Positions 8,974 to 18,335 of a DNA stretch of 53,398 nt are shown in pieces; within the stretch, counting starts at the first letter, position 1, and every line of letters begins with the position of its first letter. The notes beneath the pieces were generated by a model. The model did not search any database. It had not been told where the DNA came from and worked only from the letters and a program-made list of their open reading frames with translations. The position numbers were made by a program, and so were the translations under genes. Origin of the DNA: a virus (taxonomy: Duplodnaviria; Caudoviricetes). Location: the IMG/VR virus record IMGVR_UViG_3300021079_000008, positions 1-53,398 of that record; one strand, written 5' to 3'.

Positions 8974-9492
8974 ATGGAAAGTTTAATTAGACTATTTGAG
9001 TGGATAGGTAATTTATGGAGAGACTATCTCTCTCCATTTATTATTCTTAGGTGTTATGAGGTGGGTGTTCTATTAAGAATGGGACATTATAGGAGAAACT
9101 TAAAGGTGGGATTAAATTGGAAATTTCCTTTTATAGACGAGGTGCACACTACTATTTGTACAGTGGACACCTTCCATGTTTCTCCTATTGATATTACAAC
9201 AATTGATAATAAGCAAGTTAGCGTTGAGCCTATTGTTAAGTTTGATATAATGGATGGTAAGAAATATCTAGTTGATATGAATGAAGCTGCTAGTAACCTA
9301 CATGATGTTTCACGTGGAATCATAGCAGACTATTTAAGTGATTGTGAATGGGAGGCAATTAAGAAAAAGTCTACTCTCACTGCTATCAAGAATGCCTTGA
9401 AAAAGGAATGTGATGATATGGGAATCAATATCTATAAGGTGTATTTTGGTAGAATTGTCACTACTAAAGTGTACACAGTGTTCAAAGAATAA
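8974..9492 (+). CDS. SPFH/Band 7 (stomatin/HflC-like) membrane protein
   Basis: YEVGVLLRMG...LKVGLNWKFPFIDEV...ITTIDNKQVSV...VKFDI...ECDDMGINIYKV. Confidence 0.85.
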   Translation: MESLIRLFEWIGNLWRDYLSPFIILRCYEVGVLLRMGHYRRNLKVGLNWKFPFIDEVHTTICTVDTFHVSPIDITTIDNKQVSVEPIVKFDIMDGKKYLVDMNEAASNLHDVSRGIIADYLSDCEWEAIKKKSTLTAIKNALKKECDDMGINIYKVYFGRIVTTKVYTVFKE

Positions 9493-9564
9493 ACGAAATT
9501 AATTAGAGTAAAAAACATTAATGCTATATTATTCAGAAAAATCATGTATATAGTATTACATCTC

Positions 9565-9595
9565 TTTGTTATGAATATAATATAATATACTTTTA
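9565..9595 (+). promoter_or_regulatory. Probable promoter for the scaffold/MCP operon
   Basis: TTTG 9565-9568, 19-nt spacer, TACTTTTA 9588-9595 (one mismatch to TAnnTTTG) in a 133-nt intergenic gap. Confidence 0.55.
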
Positions 9596-9625
9596 CATTG
9601 AAAACCAAATAAATATAACTACATT

Positions 9626-10870
9626 ATGGCTGAAAATTTTGATACCCCTTCAATGGGAAACTTTAGTATTGAGAATACTATGGAAATGGGAATGGGAAAC
9701 GCTGAACTTCTTAATGATCTTTTAGCTCCAGAAACCTCTACTTCAGGTCCTGACGATATTGAAGTGATTAAACCTGAGACCGATCCTCCTCCTGCTAAGA
9801 AACAACCTGCTGCTAAAACTGTAGGAGAAACTATGGCTGATGGTAAAATTCCTAAGGAAGAAGCACCAGATACATCATTAACAGATTTCTTAGAAGATGG
9901 TAAGGAAGAAGATGGTGAAGAAGAAGAGACTGCTCCTAAGAAGACTGTAAAAGCTTCTGAAGAAACAGAAGAGGTTGAAACAGAAGAAGTTAGTAGATTT
10001 ACTGCTCTCTCTAATGACCTATTTAAACTAGGTGTATTTTCTAAAGAGGATGGAGAAGAAGATGTACCCATCTCCACTCCCGAAGAATTCCTTGAAAGGT
10101 TTCAAGCTGAAAAGAAGAAAGGAGCTATTGAGGTAGTGAATAACTTCATTGGACAGTTTGGAGAAGATTATCAACAAGCATTTGATGCCATATTTGTAAA
10201 AGGAGCTGATCCTAAAGAATATTTCGGTACATATAATAATATAATAAAGTTCTCTGAATTAGATCTTTCTACTGAAAGCAATCAAATTTCAGTAATTAAA
10301 CAAGCTCTCACAGATCAAGGTTTTGAACCAGAAGATGTTGAGAGTGAAGTCGAAAGACTAAAGAACTATGGTGATTTAGAAAGCGTAGCAACCAAACACC
10401 ATAAGGTATTGGTTAAAAAGGAAGCAGCTAAATTACAATATTTAGAACAACAAGCTGAACAGCAATTGCAACAAAAGCAATCTATTAAGCAACAATACAT
10501 ACAGAATGTCCAAACAGTTTTGCAAGATAAACTGAAGGCAAAAGAGTTTGATGGTATTCCTATTAACCCCAAACTAGCATCTGAACTACAAGATTTCCTG
10601 CTGGTAGATAAGTACAAAACAGCTTCTGGTGAAACCATCACCGATTTTGATCGTACTATTCTGGAGTTAAAGAGACCTGAAAACCATGAACTTAAGGTGA
10701 AGGTTGGTCTTCTACTCAAGATCTTGGAAAAAGATCCAACCCTGTCTACAATTCAAAAAAGCGGAATCAGTAAGAAATCAGATCAACTGTTTAGTGAGGT
10801 GGCAAGACAAGTAACCAAAAGTGGTGCAAAGTCTTCCTCTTCACAAAAAGCATCTTCATGGTTTCAATAA
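9626..10870 (+). CDS. Putative capsid scaffolding/assembly protein
   Basis: Acidic disordered N-terminus and helical/coiled-coil body, immediately upstream of MCP. Confidence 0.65.
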   Translation: MAENFDTPSMGNFSIENTMEMGMGNAELLNDLLAPETSTSGPDDIEVIKPETDPPPAKKQPAAKTVGETMADGKIPKEEAPDTSLTDFLEDGKEEDGEEEETAPKKTVKASEETEEVETEEVSRFTALSNDLFKLGVFSKEDGEEDVPISTPEEFLERFQAEKKKGAIEVVNNFIGQFGEDYQQAFDAIFVKGADPKEYFGTYNNIIKFSELDLSTESNQISVIKQALTDQGFEPEDVESEVERLKNYGDLESVATKHHKVLVKKEAAKLQYLEQQAEQQLQQKQSIKQQYIQNVQTVLQDKLKAKEFDGIPINPKLASELQDFLLVDKYKTASGETITDFDRTILELKRPENHELKVKVGLLLKILEKDPTLSTIQKSGISKKSDQLFSEVARQVTKSGAKSSSSQKASSWFQ

Positions 10871-10900
10871 CTTTAAATAATAATTTAAAAGAATAACAAA

Positions 10901-12454
10901 ATGGCAATTCAAACACTCCCAGGATTAACTGGTTTTACGTACGCAAGGGTAGCTTCTATGGACAAACGTGCTGTAGGAAAACTCACCGACTCTAATCACT
11001 TGGAGTCTTTTCACTCCACAGAACCTGCTGACTATGATAAGAAAATCATCAGTCTGTACACTCAGAGTTCTTTGTATAGTAATGATTTCTTGGACATGAT
11101 CAACAAGAGCACACCTTATTACATTGATAATAATAGTGATGCTTGGAAATGGCAAGTTCAGGTTCCTTACAAATTCCCTAAGATCATTGACATTCCAGAC
11201 AGCACTGCTGCTTTGAACAAACCTGGTATTGATGGACAAGAGTTTGCTCTTGTTTTAGATACTAATGAGTTCTCTAAGAATGCTATTGTTTCTGTAGGTT
11301 CTCGTCAATATGGTCCTCGTTTCTACGTGGTTAAAGATCCTGCTCCTTGGAACATGGGTTTCTTGTATCTGTTCACTTTGGTAACTGATAATCCCACTGT
11401 AGATTTCGTAACTTCTACCTTCTTACAAACAGGTATTGAAATGGAATTGGTTGATGCTGCTATCGGTGAATTCGATCAGGATCTGTTAGGTCTTCCTCGT
11501 TTGGGTGAGCAAATCACAATGTTTGAATCTTTGGGTTCTGCATATGGTTATGAGCACAAAATCACCGAATGGGCTGATGATAAAATGATGAGGGATGCTT
11601 CAGGCAAACCTTTAGATATCTTGGTATATGCTCCACAACGTAGGAACCAATTACCTTTAACTCGTAATGATGTTAAATGGGAACCGTTCATTGAGTTTTG
11701 GATGCGTAAATCAATGCTTGAACTGAAAGTTAAACGTATGATCTGGAGCAAACCAGGTACAGTTAAAACTAATGGTTCTAAGCAAGAACTGAAACGTACA
11801 TCTGCTGGTGTTTATCACAGGATGCGTAACAATGGTAACTTGGTACAATACAATCGTGGTGAATTCACTGCTAACTTAATCCGTTCAGTATTTGGAGATC
11901 TGTTCTATCGTAGGGTAGATGTTAAAGATCGTAGGGTTAAAATGTATACCAATGAAGCTGGGTTTGACGTATTCCAACAAGCTTTAAAGAATGACGCTTT
12001 AAACAGTGGTCTTACTTTCATGGCTGATAGCGGAAATCGTTACATGCAAGGAGAAGGTCAACACATCACTTACAACTTTGCATTCGATGCAATGGTTACA
12101 CGTGAGACAGGTCGTGTTGAACTGATTCACTTGAAAGAACTTGATCTGCCACAATCTAACTTAGAATTTGGTCAGAACAAGAAATCTACTCCTGTATTCA
12201 TGGTGTTTGATGTTAGTCCTATGAGCGATGGTTCTATGGTTAATAACATTCGTGAAGTGAGGATGAAAGGTGCTCCTTCTATGACTTGGGGATATATTGA
12301 TGGAACTCGTCACCACTTAGGCTTTGCTAAGTCTCAAGGTATGAGCTCTGCTAACAAATTCCCTGGATATGAAATTTGGATGAAAGACCGTTGTGATGTA
12401 TTTATCGAAGATCTGTCTCGTACAGTATTGATCGAAGAGATTCCACAATTCTAA
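10901..12454 (+). CDS. Major capsid protein (crAss-like)
   Basis: 517 aa; position after portal and scaffold; biased codon use (TTC, CGT, AAC) suggesting high expression; followed by a strong hairpin. Confidence 0.88.
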   Translation: MAIQTLPGLTGFTYARVASMDKRAVGKLTDSNHLESFHSTEPADYDKKIISLYTQSSLYSNDFLDMINKSTPYYIDNNSDAWKWQVQVPYKFPKIIDIPDSTAALNKPGIDGQEFALVLDTNEFSKNAIVSVGSRQYGPRFYVVKDPAPWNMGFLYLFTLVTDNPTVDFVTSTFLQTGIEMELVDAAIGEFDQDLLGLPRLGEQITMFESLGSAYGYEHKITEWADDKMMRDASGKPLDILVYAPQRRNQLPLTRNDVKWEPFIEFWMRKSMLELKVKRMIWSKPGTVKTNGSKQELKRTSAGVYHRMRNNGNLVQYNRGEFTANLIRSVFGDLFYRRVDVKDRRVKMYTNEAGFDVFQQALKNDALNSGLTFMADSGNRYMQGEGQHITYNFAFDAMVTRETGRVELIHLKELDLPQSNLEFGQNKKSTPVFMVFDVSPMSDGSMVNNIREVRMKGAPSMTWGYIDGTRHHLGFAKSQGMSSANKFPGYEIWMKDRCDVFIEDLSRTVLIEEIPQF

Positions 12455-12464
12455 TATTCCTTCC

Positions 12465-12566
12465 GAGAAGAATTACCCCCTAGCCTTCAAAGCTAGGGGA
12501 GTCTTCTCACACAGAGTGATGGATTGATTAAATGTCAGTTGCATCTCCTTCGATGGAAACACTCTG
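12465..12566 (+). ncRNA. Candidate structured cis-RNA (long hairpin plus three-way junction) between MCP and the next gene
   Basis: GAGAAGA/TCTTCTC and CCCCTAGC/GCTAGGGG hairpin at 12465-12508; CAGAGTG(12512-18)/CACTCTG(12560-66) encloses two small stems. Confidence 0.45.
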
Positions 12567-12596
12567 CAAATTAAAACCAAATAAAACAACTACATT

Positions 12597-13565
12597 ATGG
12601 GCAAGATAGGCAAAATCTCTACATTAAAAAAAGAGTATAACAATTCTCAATTGCAGACAATGCAAGGAGGATTATCAATGAAAGGTATGACAAGGATTCC
12701 TGGTACAGGAGTTTTTAAATATCCATATAAGGAACTTGATGGTCAGTATAGAACAGGACTAGATCCTCTAGCTGCATATATTCGCAGAATACAAGATCCT
12801 TTAGAACAAGAGATGGAGATTGAACGTGTAACAGCACTTAAACTTAAATTAGAGGGTGCATTAGGTGATATTGATTTAAGTCCTCGTTCTAAATTCTGGA
12901 ACTATGGATTGTCTACATCCACTGATGATGTAATGCATGTTCAGCCAGTTAAACTAATGGATGGTGATAATTATTATGATTTAAACCAATCCTTTCAAGA
13001 ACTAGCTTTCTCTTGGTTGCGTGTTCATCCAACAATTGCTTCTAGCTATCAAGCATGGGAGCGTGGTGAATATCCTGCTGATACTCAGTTCTATGTAGCT
13101 GATGATGAGATTGAAAATGCAGTGCTGTTCAAAAAGAAACAACTTATTAATAAGTCTATTGTTAAGTTTGACTCTATGACTCCTGATAAGAAGAAAAAAG
13201 TAGCTAGGTTATTAGGACTTCCTGTAACAGATAATACTAAAGAAGCAGTGGTGTATAATTTAGTTGATAATGTACTGAAACAAACCGAATTCAAGAATGG
13301 CAAATATCAAGGACTGAATCCTGTAGAGGTATTCAATAGATTTGCAGATATGAAGGAAAACTTGCTCCATATTAAAGATTTAGTTAAACAAGCTGTCACC
13401 CATTCTGTATATCGTCTAAAACCAAGTGGTAAGGTATATGAAGGAGAATTTGAAGTGGCAAAAGATGAAGATGACTTAATTAAATATCTTGCTGATGAAG
13501 ATCATCAAGATGAGCTCATCACATTGGAACAAAAATTAAAAACTAAAAAATTAGCTTCTGTATGA
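12597..13565 (+). CDS. Conserved crAss-like protein following MCP, function unknown
   Basis: 322-aa ORF; assignment by synteny. Confidence 0.7.
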   Translation: MGKIGKISTLKKEYNNSQLQTMQGGLSMKGMTRIPGTGVFKYPYKELDGQYRTGLDPLAAYIRRIQDPLEQEMEIERVTALKLKLEGALGDIDLSPRSKFWNYGLSTSTDDVMHVQPVKLMDGDNYYDLNQSFQELAFSWLRVHPTIASSYQAWERGEYPADTQFYVADDEIENAVLFKKKQLINKSIVKFDSMTPDKKKKVARLLGLPVTDNTKEAVVYNLVDNVLKQTEFKNGKYQGLNPVEVFNRFADMKENLLHIKDLVKQAVTHSVYRLKPSGKVYEGEFEVAKDEDDLIKYLADEDHQDELITLEQKLKTKKLASV

Positions 13566-14293
13566 TACCTGTAGACAGTTTATTATATAAGATAGACCAG
13601 AAACTAAATAAGCTATCAAGTAATGAACATCAGCAGATACAGTTAGAAGATAAGATATTAGCTCTTAATGAAGGACAAATAAAACTGATAAAGCAAAAAC
13701 TTGATGGCACAAGTACAAATACTGGTCTAGGGTTGGATGCTTTCAAAAAGAGATATGAGGATTTACAGAAGTTCATTGAAGCTTATGAAGATCATCCAAT
13801 GCCTCTCACATTAACAAATCCAGAACTTAATAAGTGGACTTCTTCATTAGTGGGAATTACACCAGCATACATGTTCTATGTAGATAGTTACATAACTGCT
13901 GATAAGGGAAGGTGTAAAAATAGAAAGATTTGGATCAATAGGGATTTAGCAAAACATGGTGATTTACAATTTTGTTTAAATAACGATCACTATAAACCCT
14001 CCTTTGAATACCAAGAAACTTTTAACTTTATTTCATCTGATGAAATATCAATATTTACAGATGGAACCTTTACACCAAAGTCTCTCTATCTTTCCTATAT
14101 AAGATATCCTAAATATATAGATAAGGTTGGATATGTAAAGTTTGATGGTACAGATTCAATAGACCAAGATTGTGAATTAAAGAATTACCTAGAGGATGAA
14201 TTAGTTGATTTAACAGTTCAGAATTTAGCAATGTATACCGAGAATGCTTCTGCTGTACAGTCTGCACAATTAAGGATTCAAACAAACGAATAA
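13562..14293 (+). CDS. Putative tail ring / head-tail connector protein
   Basis: N-terminal helices LNEGQIKLIK, YLSYIRYP and C-terminal CEL...EDELVDLTV adaptor-type pattern; synteny. Confidence 0.6.
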   Translation: MIPVDSLLYKIDQKLNKLSSNEHQQIQLEDKILALNEGQIKLIKQKLDGTSTNTGLGLDAFKKRYEDLQKFIEAYEDHPMPLTLTNPELNKWTSSLVGITPAYMFYVDSYITADKGRCKNRKIWINRDLAKHGDLQFCLNNDHYKPSFEYQETFNFISSDEISIFTDGTFTPKSLYLSYIRYPKYIDKVGYVKFDGTDSIDQDCELKNYLEDELVDLTVQNLAMYTENASAVQSAQLRIQTNE

Positions 14294-14321
14294 GTTTTTT
14301 AACAATTAAAATAGATAAACA

Positions 14322-15470
14322 ATGTCTGATTTTTCATTAACTACGCTCTTCGTAGTTCCAGTAGGACAAGTAGCATTTCCTAGCTCTGGCTCTACGCAGA
14401 ATTTAACCGCAGGTCAGGTTGGTATTTTCGGTAACGATTATACTGCAACCAATACCCCTGGTTCTTTCCCTTATTTTTACGTTGCTCAAGGTAGGGTAAA
14501 TACCTATCTTCAAGGTTCTAAACGTTCAGACAAAATTGCTGGATGTCAAGCTGGTGCAAATTGTAAATCAAATGTTACCGAATGGTATACAGTAAAAGGT
14601 TGCCCTACAGCAGCTACCCAAATCACTGATGTTAGTGGTTGGACAGCTAAATGTGGTGATGTTGTAACTCTTACTCTTCGTGCACATTCTAGCTACATTG
14701 ACACTTTGTACTTTAATGGTTTCACTCGTAGTGTAACTGTTCAAGCTCCTTGTTGTGATTGTGGTGCAGATCCTTGTGATACTGTTGATGTAAATGCTTT
14801 GATCAATCAGTTTATTGTAAAACTGAGTGCCCATGCTCCAGGTAACAACCCTGACAACATCAGTTTTAGCACATTCTACACATTCACAAATGTAGGTGGT
14901 ACAACTTTACGTATCTCTGCAAAACCTTTGACTAAGTACGGTCAGCCTTGTGATGTTGCTGCATTTCCTTTTGAATATGACAGGATGTACTTCCGTACAT
15001 TTGTTTATTCTGGTCCTGCAACCACTGCTGATTTTATTGTAGCTGACAATTGTAATATTGTTGCTACTCCAGTAATTGTGCAAAGGGCTTCTTATCCTTT
15101 AGGAACTTCAGATGAGATTAAGCAATTAGAAAAGAATTTCTATAGCTATCAAGCTGGATACCTGAAACATCTGTATAGGATGGTTGGTTATAACGAAAAC
15201 TTTGAAAGTTGGGTAACAGATGGTACTACCTACAATACCTTCTACATCAAGTTTAACGAGTATGACAAATCTGCCTACCAGTGGGGTGATTATATCATGG
15301 AAGATAGTACAGTGATCATTGCTGTTCCACAAGCAGTTTCCGCAACTTTGAAAGCAATTTTGGAAAATGCTTTGGGTTCTGTGGCTAGTGATAATAGTTG
15401 TGTTACAACTACATCAACTACCACTACTTCTAGTACAACCACTACTACCACTACAACCCTTATACCATAA
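14322..15470 (+). CDS. Putative auxiliary capsid/structural protein with C-terminal poly-Thr tail
   Basis: Beta-rich 382 aa, MCP-like codon bias, followed by a terminator; position matches the crAss001 auxiliary capsid gene. Confidence 0.6.
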   Translation: MSDFSLTTLFVVPVGQVAFPSSGSTQNLTAGQVGIFGNDYTATNTPGSFPYFYVAQGRVNTYLQGSKRSDKIAGCQAGANCKSNVTEWYTVKGCPTAATQITDVSGWTAKCGDVVTLTLRAHSSYIDTLYFNGFTRSVTVQAPCCDCGADPCDTVDVNALINQFIVKLSAHAPGNNPDNISFSTFYTFTNVGGTTLRISAKPLTKYGQPCDVAAFPFEYDRMYFRTFVYSGPATTADFIVADNCNIVATPVIVQRASYPLGTSDEIKQLEKNFYSYQAGYLKHLYRMVGYNENFESWVTDGTTYNTFYIKFNEYDKSAYQWGDYIMEDSTVIIAVPQAVSATLKAILENALGSVASDNSCVTTTSTTTTSSTTTTTTTTLIP

Positions 15471-15500
15471 TAAGTAGAAGGAAAACAATATCATATAACC

Positions 15501-15550
15501 TATGCCAGAGGTGAGAGGATTAAAACTCAATCCTCTGGCATATTTATTTT
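15501..15550 (+). terminator. Intrinsic terminator/attenuator after the capsid operon
   Basis: TATGCCAGAGG...CCTCTGGCATA 11-bp stem followed by TTTATTTT. Confidence 0.7.
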
Positions 15551-15557
15551 AAACAGC

Positions 15558-16121
15558 ATGGCAGATTTAAAATTAGATATATTAGTAATTCCTACGTATA
15601 ATTCATTAACATTAGGAATTGCTGATGCATCAACTTATCCCACTTCCCCTGTTGTAAGCTCTCCCTCAATAGAAATAGCAGTTCCAGGTTTTGGAAGTGT
15701 TATCCTCCCTTTTAACATAAACGATTTCAACATCTTTAATTCTACATCTTTAGGAATAACAGCAGTGGGTGATCCACTATTGCCTCTTCCTGATGGTGTA
15801 TATCAATTGACCTATTCAGTTGCTCCTGCATATCTAAACTATGTAAATAAGACCATTATTAGAGTGGAACAACTTCAGGAAAGATTTGATAGTGCGTTTA
15901 TGAGATTGGATATGATGGAATGTGATCTTGCTATAAAAACACAACAGAAGGTTGACCTTACATCTATATATTTCTTCATACAAGGAGCAATTGCTGCTGC
16001 AAATAAATGTGCAACCGCAGAAGCTAACAAACTTTACAATCAAGCAAGTAAAATGTTAAATAACTTTATGAGAAATGGTTGTCAATGTTCTGGTAATAAT
16101 TACCTTGTAAACTTTTATTAA
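15558..16121 (+). CDS. Putative tail hub/collar protein
   Basis: Beta-rich N-terminal domain (LPDGVYQLTYSV) plus helical Cys-containing C-terminus; synteny. Confidence 0.55.
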   Translation: MADLKLDILVIPTYNSLTLGIADASTYPTSPVVSSPSIEIAVPGFGSVILPFNINDFNIFNSTSLGITAVGDPLLPLPDGVYQLTYSVAPAYLNYVNKTIIRVEQLQERFDSAFMRLDMMECDLAIKTQQKVDLTSIYFFIQGAIAAANKCATAEANKLYNQASKMLNNFMRNGCQCSGNNYLVNFY

Positions 16122-16122
16122 A

Positions 16123-16272
16123 ATGGCAAAGTGTAGACAATGTGGAGCTACATTCGGATGTGGCTGTCAATTAATAGATGGACTATGTGCATATTGTCAT
16201 GGTCTTCTTAAAGGAACTAAAAAAATTAAAAATGTTATCACCCAAACTTACAGATTGCGTAAGCTGTGCTAG
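16123..16272 (+). CDS. Small Cys-rich protein, 49 aa, absent from the ORF track (MAKCRQCGATFGCGCQLIDGLCAYCHGLLKGTKKIKNVITQTYRLRKLC)
   Basis: ATG 1 nt after the upstream stop; CxxC...CGC...CxxC pattern. Confidence 0.7.
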   Translation: MAKCRQCGATFGCGCQLIDGLCAYCHGLLKGTKKIKNVITQTYRLRKLC

Positions 16273-16498
16273 TATTCCAGCACTACTTTCTGATATAGAT
16301 TGTAAGTTACTAGAGCTAGCTAATAACTTATATAATAATACTATATTCTCATTGAATCGTCAAGTTCAAGGAGCTGTAATACTTGACTTATTAAATTATA
16401 AAAGGATTCTCACTTATAAATGGTGTAATCCAGATTATGCTTGTCATTTTACAGTTAGTATGATTGCTAGTAGAGTAAAATTGTTAATTTATAAATAA
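16232..16498 (+). CDS. Small helical structural protein (putative second tail hub)
   Basis: Track ORF 16178..16498; start MLSPKLTDC at 16232 behind an A-rich leader is preferred. Confidence 0.6.
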   Translation: MLSPKLTDCVSCASIPALLSDIDCKLLELANNLYNNTIFSLNRQVQGAVILDLLNYKRILTYKWCNPDYACHFTVSMIASRVKLLIYK

Positions 16499-16505
16499 AT
16501 ATAAA

Positions 16506-17579
16506 ATGTCTTGTTCAAATTGCTTTAACGGATGTGCAGAGATCGTTTCTGATCAATGCGTTAGATATACAGGAATAGATGTTCCCATTCTTGGAATTCA
16601 AAATGGAGACAGTCTTTCCTTAGTGGAACAATCCTTGATTACCTTTCTAGTTTCTACATTAGATGGTACAGGAATCAAACCTAATATTGATCCTGCTATT
16701 ATATGTGATTTAGTTAAAAACTATTTGCCTACTTGTGGAGATATTACTATTGTAGACTTATTCAATGCTCTTATTAAAGCTGCTTGTGATTTACAAACAC
16801 AAATAGATGCAATTGATGCCACTCTACTTACATTAAATGGTGATTATACTGTAGGATGTCTTTCTGGAGTGATAGCTTCTTCTGATACACATGCTGTATT
16901 ACAGGCAGTTATTACAAAACTTTGTTTAGTGGTTGCTGATTTAGCAGCATTGACAATAGACTTACATACAAACTATGTTCTATTAGCAGACTTAGATGCT
17001 CTAATTGCTGCATATATTAATAGTATTCCTGTATCAAGTCAGTATTATACAAAGATGATTCCCTATACTGTAGTTGAGTATTATGGATCATTATCTAATT
17101 TTAATGCTACAGGTGCTGGATTAGCTGGATTAGGTTGGGATAAAATCTATTTATGTAATGGACTAAATGGTACTCCTGATAAAAGAGGACGTGTGCCTGT
17201 TGGTGCAATACAGACAGTTCCTGGAGGAGCTCTTGCTACAGCAGTGAATCCTGCCTCTTCTGCATTTAATCCTAACTATGCTGTAGGAGATGTGTCTGGT
17301 GCTAATTCTATTATACTAAATGCTACACAGATTCCTGCTCATACACATAATGCTGTAGTTACAGAGCCACCTCACCATCATACATTCCAAAATGCTGAAG
17401 GATATACAGGATCTCCAACAAGTACAATAACTGGTTCTGGTGCTAATGCTCCTGCAGCAGTTAGTACTTCAAGTACTACAACAGGAATCTCTATAGTAAA
17501 CTCTTCTACAGGCGGTGGACTTGCTCATAGTAATACTCAGCCTGTATGTGCTTGTTACTACATTATGTACATCCCATAA
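16506..17579 (+). CDS. Tail fibre protein with tail-collar domain
   Basis: YLCNG..GTPDKRGRVPVG collar motif; ILNATQIPAHTH...HHHT and HSNTQP...YYIM receptor-tip pattern. Confidence 0.85.
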   Translation: MSCSNCFNGCAEIVSDQCVRYTGIDVPILGIQNGDSLSLVEQSLITFLVSTLDGTGIKPNIDPAIICDLVKNYLPTCGDITIVDLFNALIKAACDLQTQIDAIDATLLTLNGDYTVGCLSGVIASSDTHAVLQAVITKLCLVVADLAALTIDLHTNYVLLADLDALIAAYINSIPVSSQYYTKMIPYTVVEYYGSLSNFNATGAGLAGLGWDKIYLCNGLNGTPDKRGRVPVGAIQTVPGGALATAVNPASSAFNPNYAVGDVSGANSIILNATQIPAHTHNAVVTEPPHHHTFQNAEGYTGSPTSTITGSGANAPAAVSTSSTTTGISIVNSSTGGGLAHSNTQPVCACYYIMYIP

Positions 17580-17590
17580 ATTAATTTAAT

Positions 17591-18322
17591 ATGTCTTGCT
17601 ACCCAGGAACACCTTGTTATAATAGTAATAATACAATATTTCCAAGAGGATGTGGAATTGATCCTTGTCATGCTCATAAGACAAATACAGATCTGACATT
17701 CTATTCAGGACCCAATCTACCATGTACAGGTATAAATACTTGCGATGATGTAACCTTATCTCTTGAAAAGATTGATTCTGTAATTTGTGATTTGATCCAT
17801 GCTGGAATAACCACCACAACCACAACAACCACTACTATAGCTCCTAATTGTGGAACATATACTGTATTTAATCCAAATCCTATAAATGCAGCTCATTTAC
17901 CATATAGTTATACTAATTGTGATTTAGTTGTCATCACTGGATACATTCTTCCTCAGGAGATACTTCCTTTCTGTGTACACAATGGATTGATTACAGCTAT
18001 TGGTTGTGTTATTACTCATGTGAGTGATGCTTGTTTTACTCCAGCCACCACTACAACAACTACCACCACCTTTTTTTGTAATCCTTGTGTAACGTATCTA
18101 TTGATTAACTTAACTGCTCAGTCACAACTTTATACATATGGAGATTGTACTGGCACTACTCATAATGATATTGTTTTGTATGGAAATGATTTAGTACAGA
18201 TATGTGTATGTATGGGAAGTATTCTATATGATCCTATTAAAATACAAGCTACCGTAATAGCTCCAGGATGTCATCCTTTAGGAAATACCACAACAACCAC
18301 CACAACAATTCCAATTCTTTAA
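17591..18322 (+). CDS. Cys-rich fibre/decoration protein with poly-Thr linkers
   Basis: N-terminal YSGPNLPCTGINTCDDVT resembles YTGIDVPILGIQNGDSL in 16506; two Cys modules delimited by Thr runs. Confidence 0.65.
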   Translation: MSCYPGTPCYNSNNTIFPRGCGIDPCHAHKTNTDLTFYSGPNLPCTGINTCDDVTLSLEKIDSVICDLIHAGITTTTTTTTTIAPNCGTYTVFNPNPINAAHLPYSYTNCDLVVITGYILPQEILPFCVHNGLITAIGCVITHVSDACFTPATTTTTTTTFFCNPCVTYLLINLTAQSQLYTYGDCTGTTHNDIVLYGNDLVQICVCMGSILYDPIKIQATVIAPGCHPLGNTTTTTTTIPIL

Positions 18323-18335
18323 TAATCAATAAGTT

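Noticed and set aside
4364-12454. Introns or inteins in terminase, portal or MCP
   Set aside because: The ORFs are continuous and of ordinary size, with no homing-endonuclease or Hint motifs visible
12510-12566. Canonical hammerhead ribozyme or tRNA
   Set aside because: Lacks the CUGANGA core and UH cleavage triplet; no T-loop or anticodon cloverleaf. Kept only as an unclassified structured RNA.
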